Assembly (NCBI GenBank): GCA_009784375.1
Contig: WRBV01000005.1
Coordinates: 12,553-76,552, forward strand
Origin: Bacillota bacterium
GTDB taxonomy: Bacteria > Bacillota > Clostridia > Christensenellales > UBA1242
DNA: 64,000 bases
Direction: 5' to 3'
Within the stretch, counting starts at the first letter, position 1; each line of letters opens with the position of its first letter. This document shows, piece by piece, positions 62,810 to 64,000 of the stretch. A program made the position numbers and the translations under genes. Below the pieces are notes generated by a model. That model had not been told where the DNA came from. It worked only from the letters and a program-made list of their open reading frames with translations, and searched no databases.

Positions 62810-64000
62810 TTATTTACCGCCTCCACCATGAGACTTAGCACGCTCGAGAAGAACTGCAAATGGCTCCAATGTCTCTTCCCTGATAACACCGTATCTACGT
62901 TGGTTATCACTTTCTCTATTTGCAATGACACCCTCAGACTCCATGTCTGTTGAATAGCTTGCAAAGCCACGTAACATTTGTGCATGGTTTGCATCTTTTA
63001 TATGTGCCGAATTATCCGCTACATCATTAAATATTGATGCCATATCTGCCAAGAACGCTTTTTGATTTGCATCGTCTCCTAAAGACCAATCCTTGGTTAC
63101 TTGACCCAAGTTCATGTTCAAGTGTGCATATTTCTCATTTAACTGACTAACCGCTTCTAGTACGGCTTTGTCCTTGCTTTCTCCAAGCGCTGTAATCTTT
63201 GCAGCAAGTGTATCCATACGGTTAAGAGAACTCTCCTCAGCCCTTCCTGAAATGTTGATTGCATTAGTCATATACTTTGCGGTTTCTTCTGCATATGTCA
63301 TATCCCACATTTTTGCCGCGGCATTTTTTGATGCCTCCAAACTATTGCCTTGCATGAACTTTGACTTTGATGAATCACCCAATTGCTCGGATACTTTTCT
63401 TGTAAGGTTAACCGCAGCTCGAAGATCTTCTCCACCACCCGCAACCAGTTTACCAAGTCTGTCATCTGTTTTAACCGTCCCTACACTACCCAACTTCAAA
63501 GTCTTGCTTCCAGTCTTGTATGCATCTTCGAATCCTTTAAAAAGTTCTTCGTATATCTTTTTAACATTTCCTTTGTGTTTCTTTCGAAGTGTATGAAACG
63601 CTTCGCTGTTGTTCAAAGCTTCGTTAATTCGTGGGTTCGATTCAATCGCCGATCTCATATTTTTAAAGAACTCATATCCGTATTCGTCGACTGGCGCACC
63701 TTGTAATCTTTCTGCCATCTTTCCACTCTTGTCTGCCCAGAACGCACCTTTACCAACTTTTTCTTCGATAAATTGGTCAATTCCAGCAAAGTCCTTGCCT
63801 CTTATCAATTTTTTAAGATCATCAAGCTTTTGCTTTGATTCATCATTATATTCCCAACCGTAACCTTGTATTTGTGTCTTGTCTCGTTTCTGGATTTCTT
63901 TTTCTGCAGCAGCAATAGTTGCCTCGGATATATTTATCTCGGCATCAATAGTTGCTTTAAAGCCATCAAGCTTTGCTTTGATCTTATCATCATCATCAGC
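62810..64000 (-). CDS. large coiled-coil hypothetical protein, 5' end beyond the window
   Basis: I translated the frame by hand and it stays open from 63808 to nt 64000 (ADDDDKIKAKLDGF...). It ends in GGGGK, 30 nt upstream of the VirB4-like gene. Confidence 0.6.
   Translation of the reverse strand, partial: ADDDDKIKAKLDGFKATIDAEINISEATIAAAEKEIQKRDKTQIQGYGWEYNDESKQKLDDLKKLIRGKDFAGIDQFIEEKVGKGAFWADKSGKMAERLQGAPVDEYGYEFFKNMRSAIESNPRINEALNNSEAFHTLRKKHKGNVKKIYEELFKGFEDAYKTGSKTLKLGSVGTVKTDDRLGKLVAGGGEDLRAAVNLTRKVSEQLGDSSKSKFMQGNSLEASKNAAAKMWDMTYAEETAKYMTNAINISGRAEESSLNRMDTLAAKITALGESKDKAVLEAVSQLNEKYAHLNMNLGQVTKDWSLGDDANQKAFLADMASIFNDVADNSAHIKDANHAQMLRGFASYSTDMESEGVIANRESDNQRRYGVIREETLEPFAVLLERAKSHGGGGK

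Noticed and set aside
63615-63640. tRNA-like T-loop string GGTTCGATTC
   Set aside because: It lies inside a coding frame. The flanking bases cannot form a T-stem or an acceptor stem, and no cloverleaf is possible.

Overview
Moderately AT-rich 64-kb chromosomal segment from an anaerobic, Gram-positive-type (Bacillota-like) bacterium; I cannot assign a taxon. It uses the standard genetic code: TAA, TAG and TGA all end well-supported genes, and several ATGA start/stop overlaps occur.

Core genes:
- A trimeric [FeFe]-hydrogenase (hydCBA) at the 3' end of a tightly packed minus-strand string. The string also holds two diverged cmk genes, two SurE-like genes lacking the catalytic DD motif, and a PlsC-Nudix fusion.
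- An S11 D-Ala-D-Ala carboxypeptidase, glmM and a MurJ/SpoVB-type flippase.
- uvrA and uvrB, separated by a decayed MBL-hydrolase gene.
- A heterodimeric ABC exporter with one degenerate ATP site, recN, a nine-gene V-type ATPase operon and a nucleoside phosphorylase.

Accessory genes:
- Two very large type-I membrane-anchored surface proteins (994 and about 1545 aa).
- An orphan Hol118-like holin.
- A 1179-aa charged orphan protein.
- A Cys/His-rich repeat protein.
- Two tandem T4SS-pilin-like genes, and 12 kb away a VirB3-VirB4-type ATPase next to a large coiled-coil protein that runs off the window.

Most notable non-coding signals:
1. Two copies of a conserved promoter cassette whose -35/-10 spacer is a G10/G11 homopolymer, a candidate phase switch. 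One drives a small lipoprotein and the other a gene carrying an in-frame TAG.
2. A one-orientation DnaA-box cluster that overlaps a tandem pair of NrdR-box-like palindromes. More copies of that palindrome lie in both long intercistronic spacers of the V-ATPase operon.
3. A roughly 110-nt structured element repeated at three loci.
4. A GTCATCCTGA-type REP-like family that donates the recN stop codon.

No rRNA, tRNA or CRISPR array was found, and no transposase or integrase gene.

No database search or computation was possible. Family calls rest on motifs read from the translations. Hand-derived coordinates may be off by 1-2 nt.
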